A DNA stretch of 64,000 nt from Mobula birostris (lineage: Eukaryota). The DNA lies in NCBI RefSeq assembly GCF_030028105.1, contig NC_092380.1, positions 63,051,717 through 63,115,716 of the forward strand. Reading direction: 5' to 3'. This document shows, piece by piece, positions 37,132 to 49,334 of this stretch (its first letter is position 1; each line of letters opens with the position of its first letter). Below the pieces are notes generated by a model. That model was not told the origin of the DNA, did not search any database, and worked only from the letters and a program-made list of their open reading frames with translations. The position numbers and the translations under genes were made by a program.

Positions 37132-38404
37132 TTTGATTGATTTGCCTTGTATCTAAGTGCATACAAATGATAACTATTACTTGTTTCCTCTTTGTTCCAT
37201 AGATACCATATTTGGAAGTTTTAAAAACCTGTTGAAACCTCTTAACTATTGTCTAATTTAGGAATACCCGAACCATTCAGACAAGTTTATTTCTTCTCAG
37301 TAAAGTGAATATCATTGGTGGTATGTGATTTATGATTGGCAGATTTCCTACTGCTGTTCATGATCAGATGATTGCAATTAGAAACTTTATGTAGTTAAAT
37401 AATTTGAAATGTTTTTAAAATTCAGTACAATTTTTGTGCACATGGATTACATTCTGGAAAAACTATATTTTTCTCATTTGAATTTGGTCAGAAATCTTAA
37501 TTTACCAGAAATACAGGTAAGATCTCTCTATTTATTTTAATGTATCATTTTTAATCACAACGTTTTTGTACACGTTTAAGTGCTAAGAGAAGAAATTTTT
37601 AAAAAATTCTGATTTAGCATGGCTGCCAAAACAGCAAAGTGGCAACTGCAACGCATGGGTTGGAATCAGCTTGATCTAGCTGATTAGATTCCAACAGTAG
37701 AAGGACAGAGTTAAATGAAATATGTTGTTTATTGTGTGCCTTGAGAATGCTACCAAGCACAATTCATAGCAATTAAAAAAAAATCTAAACAGAATGATTG
37801 TGCATATTAATATCAGGCTAGAAGAAATTGTTATTTGGTGTCTGCAACTAGATTCACTTTGATATTAGTAGTGCTTTGAAAACTCAGTGAATTATAGTTT
37901 CTTTATTTCGTCCAGGATCTACACGTGATGTAACTGAAATGATACAGCATTCATTTCGTTTATCCACCATTCCTATCTCCTGGATGACTTTGGAGTTTGT
38001 GTCATAGGATCAACATTTTTTAATTAAACTTTTGTGGGGATATTATGTAAATATTGGTTAATATTCCTATTATGTATTTTTGTATTTTCTAATTAATCTG
38101 ATAGCTGCCTCCAAGAGGATCCACAAACTTCTGAGGCTGCTGCTTTCCTCTTTTCATTCAGCATCACAAAGTGCCGCTGTTTATTCTGTATTAACTCTCA
38201 ATGCACTGCTCTGCTCAGAGGCAATGTCCTTTATTCAGTGTTCTGAGGGGAAGCCAAGTGAAAAAAGGAAGATGGACATACATCTTAAAGCAGTGTCCTC
38301 TGCACTGAATGACAAATTGTGTTGTCAATTGATTGTGAACAAAATTTTCAATTTTATTCTTTTGAGGGAAAGTATCTAATTTGTCATAATAAAATGAATT
38401 ATAA

Positions 38405-39250
38405 AGTTCGAAGTTTCAAAGTACACTTATTATCTAAGTATGTATGCAGTATAAAACCCTGAGATTTGTTTTCCCACAGACAGCCACTAAACAAAGAAAT
38501 GGAACCTGTTCAAAGAGAATCATCCAATCCCCCCCTACATGCAATGCACAAAAAAAAAGCAAAAAACACAATATAAAACACCAAAATCAAACGAGTGCAG
38601 GCATATTCAGTTTGGTTCAGTTCAATCTACCGAGGTGTCGTTCATTATCTGTTGGCTGGCCCAATACTATATATAAAAAAAAGGAGTGACCAGAACCAGA
38701 AAACTATCATAACGTGAACTACAGAGTCCAATCCACAATCCTTACCCAGGATCCAGGACTCTAGCACAATCCTCCAGCAGCATAGAGCTAGCAGCAGAGA
38801 GACAGACCACTCAAACACAGGGACCTTCCTTCAGGAGCAGCAGATGAGGTACAGCCGCATGCAGGCATCTTCCTCTGACAGCAGCAAGTGAGAGGCTGGT
38901 AGCCGGTGCTGAACACCTGCACACCTTCTGCTCTCGCCTCAATGATTTCAATCTTCCTCAACAGTTCAGTTGGCGAGATCAGTGAGAAATGGAGTTGGTC
39001 ATGGGGCCATGCCCCGTCTCCAGGGTTCTTGGTCTCAAGGCTGCGTGCTTCCTCACCGAACACCCTTGGAGACAGCAAAGTGCCATATTGCTCAATCGGC
39101 CCGGAAACACACCACCAAAACACAGATCACAGGCTCTGACAGCAGCAGAACCACATTTGAAAGAAAAAGACATAAAAGAAGTGAAAGTAGTAGTTTGTTA
39201 ACCGTCTGGAGGATGTCCCTCTTGGTCATGTTGTTTGCTGGCATCATCTT
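38405..39250 (-). mobile_element. Non-autonomous retroposon-like repeat
   Basis: Minus-strand 3' tail AATAAGTGTACTTTGAAACTTCGAACTT; similar ends in 62825-63600; no coding motifs. Confidence 0.6.
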
Positions 39251-40789
39251 CTGGCTGATGGATATTAAAATTAACTTTTATAGGTGTCAATTACTGAGAA
39301 ATGCAAGATATTCAATATCAAGCTTCTGTTTTATTTGGCTACAAAAAATCATTTACATTGAATTCTATCATACACAAGGACTAAAGATTGAAGTCTGACT
39401 GCTGTAGTGATGATGATCATTTTGCTTTTGCACAGCGCATAGAAGTTTGAGCAGTTTGGAATCAGTCAGGATTTTGAGAGCTGATGGCAGAAGGTCTGCT
39501 GTGCTGCATCTGTATCCAACAAACATTTAGTCAAATTATGGCCATCAACCTTCCAGGATACTTGCAGTATCTTTGATTGTATTGAACTATATTCATACCA
39601 AGCACAAAGTGTGCTTATTTATTGAACAACTAGACTAAACCAGAAATTACCAATGCAGAAAGATCCACTTAATGAGAAATTTGCAGATCTTGAACTTGCA
39701 GATGAAGGTACTGAAGCAATTCACATTGCCAGCTTAGGTATAATTAAGAAGCTCGTGATACAGCTTCAACTTTTATTTTATGAATTTGCTTGTCCTAGTC
39801 CAAATGAAAGTAATAGCAGTGGTGGACATACAGAAATCTTGAACATTGTACTTTAACAGTAAACAAACACAGCAATATAGTTCCATAACCTCAACGTTCA
39901 TACTTGTAATGGAATCTTGTGAGATTGGAAGGATTTGTTCTTACAGAAACATCTGTATGATTAAATAATTTTCTCTCACTGATACTGTTAACCTAAATTT
40001 AACAAAATACTGCTACTCCATTCAATTTTATTCTGGTTAACAAATAAGGCAAATGGCCAAAGCCAGTGTTGTCTTTCATGGATAAACAACTCATTTTCCT
40101 TTCTTTTTTACCCGTAGTTATGTGATTCTATTAATAACATTAGCTTTCAAGTACCCTGAACAGGTTCTTTCAATCTTCTGAATATCCTCCTTTTCCTAAA
40201 TTCTAGTCTTGGTCAGGGCAAGAGATCTGATCATGTAACTTTTTTCCCTCTCACCCTCATTAATTTTTCATGTGGGATTGAGGAGTAACTAGGTTTAAGG
40301 ATTTGCCAATTTCAATCATTCTTCTGCTAGGCTTAGCTAACCTAGGAAAGCTAATCATCTGTAACTTTGTATCACATTACCCAAATATCACACCTAACCA
40401 CTCAGCTAATGAACAATGTTCAAAGAAATATATTATACTATCTTTCCAAAGATAGTCTTATTTTCAAGAGATAAGCTTAACTTTCTTTTATACACAATCA
40501 TAAATTGATCTCATTCAATAATATTTATATAAATCAATTGTTTCCGACACAGAAATATCAAGGACTCAAACTTTGATGGGGGAGTATTTTAGCTGCATGG
40601 TTTACTGTTATGTATATAATGCAGTTCACACACCACAGAAAAAAGGCTCAGTGGTATGCAATTTTGCAAAATGCTAACAAAGTGAAATTTGAATTTAGGA
40701 ATTTCCGTGTGTTGCTGAGTATACCTGGTGTTTGCAAAAGTAAATTCATCTATTGTCAGTAGTTCATGTAGGGGCAATATAAACCCATT

Positions 40790-40920
40790 TTAATTTTTGT
40801 CTTCAAAGAGATAGTCGAGGGCAGGCTGCCCTGCTCGATGTTCCATATTACGATTTTTGGTAAATTCTTTCAGCAAAGTCATTACTTCATTATCAAATTC
40901 TGGAGGAGTCGGCTTGGTTT
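40790..40920 (-). CDS. SDHAF2: SDHAF2 exon 4 ([43 protein letters not shown])
   Basis: AACAG acceptor; 131 nt to the TAA; matches the SDHAF2/Sdh5 C-terminus. Confidence 0.95.
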
Positions 40921-41857
40921 CTGTTTCAGTAAAAGAAAACAACGTCACAAAAATCAATTATATGGAGTAACCAAGTTTCAGAATGACAAAGGGTGACTCA
41001 GACCCAATGCCTTTTTCAACCCACAAAGAAATCAGTTCCTATTAACTATATTCTGGAGGAAAGTTAACTTAGATGATGCTTACTATGGTTCAGACATTAT
41101 TGCTCCCTTTTTAAAAAAAAGTGCTATATTTGGGGTATTATTAGTAAATACCCCTGCAAAATTTTGATTCTTCATTACCTGAACAAATTACCCATGCCTG
41201 TTATTCAGTAAGTCTTGATGAAAAATGCAGATGACTATACTTTCTTGGCTTAACAGTAATGACCATAGTAGAAACTATCTCATATGAACTACTACAATTT
41301 CACATGGGCACTTAATTAATACCGCTCTCTAAAAAGTCATACATAATTTATTTTTGGAGGTGGAGGGGGGAAGCATTGTTCACAGAACCATCATCACTGA
41401 AACCAATGACCTGGACATCAAATACTACTCACCCACCCAAAATTCCCACCTTCCTCTCAAAGCCTTCACGTTCTCCCTCACCCCAGGGCAATGGACAGAT
41501 TGAGTAAGATCCACTTAATTCTGAGTCCAGGCTTTCCCAGAAAGGACACATCCAGGGCCAGGAGGATGCTTACTCTCTCTTGTTCACTTTCCACATGTCT
41601 GTTATTAGGAATAGAATGTGGGTCTAGGTAAATGTGGCCAGCAAACACTAGCATACTATACATTAATTTCTAATCAATCACAACGATATTTTTCATTGGT
41701 TCATTGTTTTTCTACAGAACTCCTGTGACAGCTGGTGGTTTGCAGCTTTAGAAGGGAAAGTAAGTTGTAAAGGGCATGAAGTCACTCAATAATTGTCCTC
41801 ATATCAGGCTAGAAGATGGGTGATGTGTGTAGAGTAAACAACTGTATCTGTACAAAC

Positions 41858-41967
41858 CTGTTATCCAGTAGTAAATATCCCAATCATTGGTTGGCTGATT
41901 GATCAGTTTATCATACAAACTTAGCTGCTTCTCAGTCATTTCATTCAGGTACTTTTTTGCAAAGAAA
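41858..41967 (-). CDS. SDHAF2: SDHAF2 exon 3 ([36 protein letters not shown])
   Basis: TTTCAG acceptor and GTTTGT donor, 110 nt; NDWDIYYW motif. Confidence 0.96.
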
Positions 41968-41988
41968 CTGAAATGTAAAATAATAAAT

Positions 41989-42024
41989 TTCCAATTTTAG
42001 TATATGTGCTGCCGAAGCGAGCAC
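41989..42024 (-). pseudogene. RNU6: 3'-truncated U6 snRNA retrocopy (U6 nt 1-36)
   Basis: GTGCTCGCTTCGGCAGCACATATACTAAAATTGGAA is the U6 5' end; 10-bp TSD (AATAAATTTC on +) at 41982-41991 and 42025-42034. Confidence 0.93.
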
Positions 42025-43057
42025 AATAAATTTCATTCTACATATAAACCTTTGGTGTTCAGTTTTAAAACACATTTCAACACTGGATGAGATTGTTAGC
42101 AACTGAGTTAAACTAACTGTAAAGTGCCAAATGTTTCTGACACCAATCAGATTAACATCTTCCCTAATAAGTAAAAGGTAGTAAAAATAGGATTCCTTGC
42201 AATTATCTGTATTTTCATTATTTTTTTCTTTTTCCAGTAGCATGAAATCATTTTTTGTTTAGTACTTACAAAATAATTCATGAATTCTTGGGTAACTGTT
42301 TTTATGTTAATATCAATTTATGTAGAACTTTATATTTCAAGCAATGAAGTTGTTCTATCACATAAATAGCTCTAAATGGTAAGTTATAGTAATCCAATTT
42401 ACACAACAGATTCATCTAGGGTTTAGTCTACTCCACAATGATGCTTCTAGTTGTAAATTTGTACTACAAATCTTTATTTTTGTTAACTGAATACAAAAAT
42501 ACAGGGGAAAATACATTGTACTTAAGGCAGTAGTACCAATAGAAAGTACTTTCAGGTGAATTCAAATGTAGAAATAAACAGACTCTGCAGTTTCTCAAAT
42601 GACACTCAGGTCAGAACAAGATGTGGAATGCAGTAAAATCCTGGGAATCTGCTATCAAACTATTAAGAATTCTTGATGGTTTGGCATCTGACTCACCAGG
42701 TAATACTTGCTGTACTACCTATCTGCTCACTGGACCTCAGTTCTAACACTCTTTTTTCACCTGCTGAGGCTCCAATTCTTACCTTTTCATATCTGGAAAA
42801 CTAATCATTCGGTGTAACATTTAAACACCGAATTAAAAGAGGAATGAGGTATTAAAATGAGTAACATCCACTAGTCCAAAATACCTGCTAGTCCTGCCAC
42901 ACCAAAGTTTAGAGCTTGCCAGATTTTTTTGAATGTTAGTTTATCAACTAACAAGACAGAATGGTACCAGGAAAAGAAACACAATTAGAGAACAATACCT
43001 TATCAAATCGTAACTCAATAGGGTTTATCTATCTTCAAATTTAAGGGCCACTTTTAC

Positions 43058-43275
43058 CTCAGTAAGATGCAATTCTCTAACATTCCACGCTTACGGCTCT
43101 CGTATAGCAGACGTGCTCGCTTTGTGTCCAGTGGCTCATTTGTTCGCTCTTCCCATGGAGGCAGTGGTATTTGTATGATATCTGTTAAATGATCATCAGT
43201 ATCACCATGATATGCTCTGATAGGGGAAGCACCAAGTATGGCCTGTGCAGCTCTTTGTCTGGTCAGGCACCAAAC
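43058..43275 (-). CDS. SDHAF2: SDHAF2 exon 2 (VWCLTRQR...[38 protein letters not shown])
   Basis: TATAG acceptor and GTAAAA donor, 218 nt; contains the Sdh5 signature [12 protein letters not shown]. Confidence 0.97.
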
Positions 43276-43335
43276 CTATAGAAAACAAGATGGAAAGTAT
43301 TTTAGCCTATACATATTTAATTACACTTTTAAATA

Positions 43336-44182
43336 CACTCAGTGGCCAATTTATTAGGTACACCTATACACCTGCTCAAAAATGCAAATATTTTAAAATT
43401 TATTTTTATTGAGATACAGCATGGAATAGGCCCTTCCAGTCCTTTGAACTGTGCCAACCAGTAATCCCGATTTAGTCCTAGCCCAATCACAGGACAATTT
43501 ACAATGACTAATTTAACTACCAGTCAATACATCTTTGGACTGTGGGAGGAAACCCACAGAGTCACGGGTAAAACATACTTACTGGCAGCAGCTGGAATTG
43601 AACCTGGGTTGTCAGTACTGTAAAGTGTTGCGCTAACCACTACGCCACCGTGCCACCCATCTTATCAATCACGTAGCAGCAACCCAATGCATTAAAACAT
43701 GCAGACATGGTCAAGTGGTTCAGTTGTCATTCAAACCAAACATCAGAATGGGGAAGAAATGTGATCCAAGCACCTTTGACTGTGGAATGATTGTTGGTGC
43801 CAGGTGAGGTGGTTTGAGTATCTCAGAAACTGCTGATCTCCGAGGATTTCTACACACAATAGTATCCAGAGTTTACAGGGAATGTTGAAAATAACAAAAA
43901 ACACCCAGTGAGCAGCAGTTCTGTGGGTGAAAATGCCTTTTTAATGAGAAAGGTCAGAGGAGAATGGCCAGATGGGTTCAAGCTGACAGGAAGGCGACTA
44001 ACTCAAGTAACCACATGTTACAATAGTGGTGAGCAGAAGAGCATCTCTGAACACACAACACATCCAACCATGAAATGAATGGGTTACAGCAGCAGAAGAC
44101 CACAAACATACACTCTTGATCAGTCTGCATGCTTCTCTTTGCATTAACACACAGGTGCATCTAATAAAGTGGCTACTGAGTG
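43336..44182 (+). mobile_element. Tc1-derived non-autonomous element with both TIRs; nested V-SINE at ~43395-43660 (-)
   Basis: TA-CACTCAGTGGCCAATTTATTAG...CTAATAAAGTGGCTACTGAGTG-TA. SINE head GGTGGCACGGTGGCGTAGTGGTTAGC...GGTTCAATTCC. Confidence 0.88.
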
Positions 44183-44279
44183 TAGTCAGGTGAGACATGG
44201 GGTGGGTTAGGATACAGCCAGAAGCTTGTAAGAAGCTTTAGCAGATCATGTCTAAAAGATTTGTTGGATTCCATGACAA

Positions 44280-44960
44280 GGATATGGTATTCGTGCAGAG
44301 GGACTTAGGAGTCCTTGTGCAAGACTTCCAGAAGACTTCCTTAATTTACAGGTTGAGTCCGTGGAAAAGAAGGCAAATGCAGTGCTGGCATTTATTTCAA
44401 GGGGAGTAGACCTAAAAGCAAGGAGACAATGCTGAGCCTTTATAAGACACTAGTCAGGCTGTACTTATAATACTGTATTGTCAACAGTTTTGGGCCCCAT
44501 ATCTCAGAAAGGAAGTGTTGTCATTGGATGGATATTTCTGGGCCTGTACTCACTGGAATTTAGAAGGACGGGGGTGGGGGGGGGGGTCTCATTGAAACCT
44601 ACTGAATGTTCAGGCCTAGACAGAGTAGATGCGGAAAGGATGTTTCCCATGGTGGGAGAGTCTAGGACAAGAGGGCACAGCCTCAGGATAGATGGGTGTG
44701 CATTTAAAACAGAGATGCAGAGAAATCTCCTTCGTTCGAGGGTGGTGAATTTGTGGAATTTGTTACCACATGCAGCTGTGGAGGCCAGGTCATTGGGTGT
44801 ATTTAGGGCAGAGATTGATAGGTTCTTGATTTACCAAGGCATCAAAGGTTACTAGGAGTAGGCCGGGAACTGGGGCTGAGGAGGGGTAAAAGGATCAGCC
44901 ATGATTGAATGGCGAAGCAGACTTGATGGGCCAAATGGCTTAATTCTGCTTCTATGTCTT
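44280..44960 (+). mobile_element. CR1 LINE 3' fragment
   Basis: GLYSLEFRR, SRTRGHSLRI, RVVNLWNLLP. Confidence 0.85.
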
Positions 44961-45804
44961 ATAGAATATTTATTCATTTTTCACTTGAAATGCAAAAAAA
45001 TCAAAACCAATATCTTCAGCAAAATTTTCCATTTTCAACTGATGATGTCACTAAAAAGTAGCCACTTTCTATTTTCTATCAAAATTTTACAAATTTACTA
45101 TCAAATAATCTTGGATAGGATCCGTGTATATTTTAAACCAAAGGAAATTTACATAGTTACAAATAGTACTTTGGAGTATAATTATTAATGTTGCATATAT
45201 AAAAAGATGAAATAATTTGATTTATTTGAAGGAAACTTTAGATATTTCATGTAGTTTAAGGACCTGAAATTCTTTTGAACCATGCATTTCAGATAATCAC
45301 TTTAAATTTCCAGGACTCTGATTAACAGTAAAGTTACATTTTTTGGCCAAACAAGCATAATCTTGCATCACCTTGTTATCTACTAAATTCATTGCAAATA
45401 GCTTTCATAAAAATGTAGAAAAAGGATCTTGAGACTCTGGTTCAAAACCCCAGGTTTGAATGTTGAGAAGAACTTAAATGAATATGGCTGGGAAATTTGA
45501 CACAGTATGAATACAGCAATGGATGAGGCACAGCCAAGTATGGAAGAAAAGTGAAGTGAGACTGTGAAAAGGAATACTAAGTAGGGATAGGGGTACAGTA
45601 AAGGTGAGGAACAGACTAATGTTGAATAAAAACTATAATGAGGAGAGAGTATACCTAGGAAGTTATTCAAATGAGATCACATTGACAAGGTTCAGAAAAA
45701 TAAAAGGATACAAATCACTTTTCTGGGGACAACTCCGGGCTTCCAAATAATCAGCAGCATATCGAGGAACAGATATGCAAGGAAAATCATAGTGAAAATA
45801 TAAT

Positions 45805-46405
45805 AGACCATAAGACACAGAAGCAAAATTAGTCTATTTAGCCCATCAAGTCTGTTGCACTATTCCATCATGGCTGATTTATTATTCCTCTCAACCCCAT
45901 TCTCCTGCCTTCTTATAACATTTGCCACCCTTACTAATCAAGAACCTATTAACCTCTACTTTAAATGTACCCAATGACTTGGCCTCCACAGCTGTCTGTG
46001 GCAATGAATCTCACAGATTCGCCATCCTCTGGCTAAAGAAATTTCCCTTTATTTCTAAAGGGATGTCTTTGTATTTTGAGGCTGTGCCTCACAGTCCTAG
46101 ATTGTCCCACTACAGGAAACATCCTCTCCATGTCCACTCTATCTAGGTCTTTCAGTATTCTATAGGTTTCAATGAGATCCCTTCTCATTCTTTTAAACTC
46201 CAGTAAGTATAGGCTCAGAGCCATCAAGCGTTCCTCACATGTTAACCCTTTCATTCCCAGGATAATTATAGTAGGCCTCTTCTGGACCGCTTCCAATTAC
46301 CAGCAAATCCTTTCCTCGACAAGGGGCCCAAAACGGCTCACAGTACTCCAGATGTGATCTGACCAATGTCTTATAAAGCCTCCACATTACATTCCTGCTT
46401 TTTTA
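45805..46405 (-). mobile_element. CR1 LINE 3' fragment
   Basis: ORF 46033..46296 (LEFKRMRRDLIETYRILK). Confidence 0.85.
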
Positions 46406-47079
46406 TTCAAGTCCTGTTAGGGATTTTAATCTTTACAAATTCTCTGCTATTAACTGCTTTAATGTAGTGGCAGGTAGGATTTTTTGAACGTGCATTCAGG
46501 AGGACTCTAAGAGCCAGTAGATAGGCCTGTGACCGAAGGGGCAAAACTGGATCTAATTTTTGGGACAATGAGAATATTTTTGAGATACTGAGTTTCAAGA
46601 TTGTTACAGAAAAAGGCAAGGGTAGATCAGAAATTAAGCTCCTGAACTGGGGCATGGCTAATATGAATATGATAGGGCACGACCTGGCAAAGGAGACTGT
46701 GGGCAGCTACTTGCAGTTAAGCTTACATGCCACCAGTGTGAGGCATTCAAAAATTAAACAGTGAGAACTCAAGGTCAATGTGTTTACTTGTGTTCCCCTA
46801 ATGGTGAAAGACAAGGGATCATGGATGTCAAATCAAGGGTTGAATAAAGAAAATAAAGGTACCTTGTGCAGGTTTAGAGAACTGAAAACAGGTTAGGACC
46901 TACCAACCACAGTATAGAACATTTAGGGGGAAACTTCAAAGTAATTATAAGGGAAACAGAAAATGCCACATGGCAATGACAGGCAAGGTTATGCAAATCC
47001 CTAAGCATTTTACAATTATACAAAAGGGCAAAAAGATAAACTGGGAAAGGGAATAGTCCATTAGGAACCAAAGTGATAA

Positions 47080-47450
47080 TCGGCGGTAGCAGAACACTAC
47101 AGGCCATACGATTGACTTCAACGGCACAAAACTACTGTGCCACGCCAATGGCTTTTGGGACCACCTGGTGAAGGAAGCCATTGAAATAAAACCAGAGAAA
47201 AAGAATTTTAACAAAGATGAAGGTCTTGCTCTGAGTAAAAACTGGAATTTGATTGTAAACAAGGTGGGACAACAAAAATCTGATTGGATGGGGACTAACC
47301 AATCAGGAGTGATGGACAACAGGGGTGTATATATCATCAGACTAGATATGCCTAGGCATTATCCCTGATAAAGATTGCAGAGTTTGTCATTGAAACATCG
47401 GTGAAACCAATATGTGCACCCAGCTGGAAGCCCTAGAAGAGTTTATTTGA
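47080..47450 (+). mobile_element. Penelope-like 3' fragment of a second family (GIY-YIG C-terminus plus degenerate hammerhead), inside an old CR1 (~46410-48400)
   Basis: LVKEAIEIK...NFNKDEGLALSKNW is a typical PLE endonuclease C-terminus; followed by CTGATAA...GAAACATC at 47365-47399. Confidence 0.8.
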
Positions 47451-49027
47451 TGAAGGTGAGATTTCACATGAATTCTTCCTATCTGTATTCACAGTGGAAA
47501 AAGACATTGTATTTGGGAATTCAGGGGTGGGGGGTGGCAGAGTTCTACAACAAATTGCAACTGAGATTACCATTTTATGTCTTAGCAGGTTTAACGGTGG
47601 ATAAATCCCTAGGGCCTGATCAGAGGGATCCAAAAACACTAAAAGACAAGATTGCTGGTGCTCTGACAAAAATTTCAAATCTTCTCTGGCCACACTGGAG
47701 CATTCTATGTGGTACCCTAATTTAGGAAGGGCAGCAAGTATGTAGCAAGTAATTAGAGGCAGGGTGCAGCACTGACTGTAGGGAAATAATTGTAGAAAAA
47801 TATTAAGGACAACTTCAATCTGCACTTGAGATGCAGTGATTGATCAAGCATAGTCAGCATAGCTGTATTAAACAGGTGTCTTGTCTGACTAATTTGATTT
47901 TCTCCCTGAGAAGGTGATTAAGGTAGTAGCGTTGATATGCTCTACATGGACTTCAAAATTATTTTTGAATGAGGTTCTACAGGGAGATTCATCTGAAAGA
48001 TTAAAAGCTCATGGGGTTGAGGGCAATTTGGCAAATTAAGCCTGAAATTGCTTTGGTGATAAGAAATATAAGGTGATGTTTGGGAGTTTTTTTTCTAAAA
48101 ACTTGTGGTGATTTAATGAAGTGATCAATGCTGGGCCACTTATTGTTTCCTCTTGACAATCTGGACGAGAATGCAGAGAAGTGACAGTATGTTTGCAGTT
48201 GACACAAAGATTGGAAGCTTTGTTGATAGTGAGGAGGGTAGTTTTCAGCTACAAACAATATTGAGGAGTTAGTAAAAATTAAACGGGTGAAATTAAACCC
48301 TATAGGGGTCTTGTATTTCAAAATGACTAAGTCAAAAATGCTGAAGTGGTGGAATTGAGTACAAAATTTGAGGGGCAATAAGAAACCTCTTTCATAATTA
48401 TGACATCATAGATTTAAGTTAAGAGATCTAGAGGGGAGACACACTGAAGAGAAGAAAATATCTAGAACTCTCTGCTGAGGCAGGGCAGATAGTGAACACT
48501 TAAATATTTGGATCACCACTTGAAATACTACAGCATAGAATGTTTCTATTCTGCATGACTGAGTACAAGACACAATTAAACTGAAACTAGGTGATTAAAA
48601 ATTAATTTTTACCCAGTATTCACTTGAGGGTATTCAGCCACCCAAACTTGTTCTTGCCATTCAGTTGTTTTAACCGAATCTTGCAATAATTTATTATTTT
48701 ATTTAAAAATAATAAACCTAGATTCGGCTTTTAAGGGACTGTTTTAGATTTTCTTGAGTCTCTGTGTGTTCTTGAATACTTTAGTTTAAATGTCTAGAAT
48801 CTGTTACGTACTCCCTCAGCTAATCGATCTGTTAAGTATATCTATCATTTGCTTAGATAACAAAAGCGGGGGGGGGGGGTGTGCAGGCCCGATATGTCAA
48901 AATATGAAATGTTAGTCCCCGGTGACATTCAGGTGAAATAACCCGTCAATCTCACCGTCGTTAGTGAACGGAAACTTGAATGCCAAGTCGCTTTCTGAGT
49001 ATTTTTGTTGTTGAAGGTTTTACTCAC

Positions 49028-49045
49028 ATTGCGCACAATCGACAT
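49028..49045 (-). CDS. SDHAF2: SDHAF2 exon 1 (MSIVRN)
   Basis: AAGATG start with an upstream in-frame TAA; GTGAGT donor, phase 0 as exon 2 requires. Total CDS 18+218+110+131 = 477 nt, or 158 aa. Confidence 0.8.
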
Positions 49046-49280
49046 CTTACACCTATGTAGTTACAAACGTGGCAGAGCCCAGAGCAATACGAAGCAGCAA
49101 GGCCGACCTGAGAACTGATAAAAGCCGAAACCCAGTTCACTGATTCAGGACCGGAAGTGCACTGTGTCACAGGCAATTGGGTCCGTATTGCCTCCGCAGT
49201 TTGGTTCGTCCCTGAAAGGCATCCGGTTGTTTAATTGTCCCTGTTCGCGCGGTACGGTACGGTGCGGCGCGGCTGGGGGA
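49046..49280. promoter_or_regulatory. Bidirectional SDHAF2/CPSF7 promoter with an ETS/GABP site
   Basis: 235 bp between the divergent ATGs; CpG-enriched; CCGGAAGTG at 49151-49159. Confidence 0.8.
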
Positions 49281-49334
49281 ATGGCCGAGGGAGCTGACTT
49301 AATCGATATTTACGCGGATGAAGAGTTTAATCAG
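49281..49334 (+). CDS. CPSF7: CPSF7 (CFIm59) first coding exon (MAEGADLIDIYADEEFNQ)
   Basis: 54 nt with a CAG|GTGGGT donor. DLIDIYADEEFNQ is CPSF7-type (CPSF6 has DHIDIYADVGEEFNQ). Adjacent to SDHAF2. The next exon was not found in the window. Confidence 0.92.

Noticed and set aside
41989-42024. Functional U6 snRNA gene
   Set aside because: Only 36 nt of U6, with no ACAGAGA box or T-run terminator, and flanked by a TSD.
49281-49334. CPSF6
   Set aside because: It lacks the CPSF6 VG insertion and His (DHIDIYADVGEEF), and the SDHAF2 linkage fits CPSF7.
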